Source: Octopus sinensis
Taxonomy: Eukaryota
Length of the DNA stretch: 64,000 bases
Assembly: GCF_006345805.1 (NCBI RefSeq)
Contig: NC_043012.1
Location: 682,001 to 746,000 of the forward strand
Direction of reading: 5' to 3'
The notes beneath the pieces are model-generated. The model was not told the origin of the DNA. It made no database searches and saw only the letters and a program-made list of their open reading frames with translations. This document shows positions 63,106 to 64,000 of this stretch, piece by piece. Within the stretch, counting starts at the first letter, position 1; every line of letters begins with the position of its first letter. The translations under genes were made by a program, and so were the position numbers.

Positions 63106-63414
63106 TATATATATATATATATATATATACATACATGATGGCTGCCCCCTCGTTATCGAGTAAGGCCATTGCACGAAGCTTAACTGTTATCGGTGCTGTG
63201 ATCGAATGTGACTTTTATTTGCTTTTTAAGGCTACAGCCAGCCATTCAGTTGAGACTCACAGCACTATCAACAATCATGAACAATGTTGCTATCGTGCAA
63301 TGCCTGTGCAAGAAGATTTTTTTTAAAGTGAGGAAAGGCTGTGCACTGAGTCAATCCCACTCACTAAGCAACAGCAGCCATAATGTTGTTGTTGTTGTTG
63401 TTGTTATTGTTATT

Positions 63415-63447
<33 letters not shown>

Positions 63448-63467
63448 ATCATTATTATTATTATTAA

Positions 63468-63690
63468 GGTGGTAAGCTGGCAGAATCGTTAGCACAACAG
63501 GCAGAATGCTGAGTGGCATTTTGTTCATTTTTAATGTTTTAAGTTCAAATTTCACCAAGGTCGACTTCGGTTTTCATCCTTCCATGGTCAATGAAATAAG
63601 TACCAGTGAAACACTGGGGTTGATGGAATTGACAAGTCCCCTCCCCCTGCCAAATTTCAGGCCTTGTGCCTATAGTAGAAAAGATTATTA
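63468..63690 (+). mobile_element. Degenerate SINE family C copy
   Basis: GGTGGTAAGCTGGCAGAATCGTTAGCAC..AGTTCAAATTTCACCAAGGTCGACTT..TTTCATCCTT..GCCTTGTGCCTATAGTAGAAAAGATT. Confidence 0.65.
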
Positions 63691-64000
63691 TTACCGTTAT
63701 CTGTTTTGTCTAGTTTCCTTCCAAAATCAAATTTCCAATCATACCTACATTTACCATTTTCTTATGATCCACAAATACTAGTAAATTATCACTGGTTCCT
63801 CTCCTTTTCATGGTGTTGTCCTTATCAGGTGACTGCATCACTTTATTTTCTGCCGTTTTCCTTGTTCTCATTGTTCCATGGCCCCAAGATTCCATATTCT
63901 AAATTTTCATATTCATCGAAATATTCTGTCTAAGCCTATAAAACTGATTGTGCTAAGACATGTCTCTCTTTGATCTGTGTTCTTCACCTGAATAGCTTCC

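Overview
Repeat-saturated, AT-rich eukaryotic genomic DNA, most likely from an octopus. This is inferred from the tRNA-derived SINE families and the extreme microsatellite load. Only one convincing protein-coding gene is present: an intact but divergent EFR3 homologue whose whole CDS (12295-14688, +, 797 aa) sits in one exon just behind a splice acceptor, the layout of a retrogene with an acquired 5' UTR intron. The rest is mostly mobile-element remnants and simple repeats: at least four SINE families, non-autonomous Helitrons, a decayed Tc1 transposase, an internally deleted mariner, an internally deleted Ty3/gypsy element, a CR1/L2 tail and two Penelope-like (PLE) fragments. Very long CAC/CAT arrays produce most of the spurious long ORFs, and there is one 100-N gap. 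The most interesting unexplained structure is at 45.4-46.6 kb. Two sequence-diverged but collinear elements each carry a minimal type-I hammerhead ribozyme (HHR) motif inside a co-varying closing helix and end in a GCCAT-N6-ATGGC hairpin. One has terminal direct repeats (364-bp unit) and a 164-bp fold-back palindrome centred on that hairpin. This suggests a retrozyme-like or PLE-dependent family of small self-cleaving RNA elements. Weaker HHR-like motifs occur at 15.1, 19.2 and 56.0 kb. All homology calls come from manual translation and motif recognition; no database search was run.
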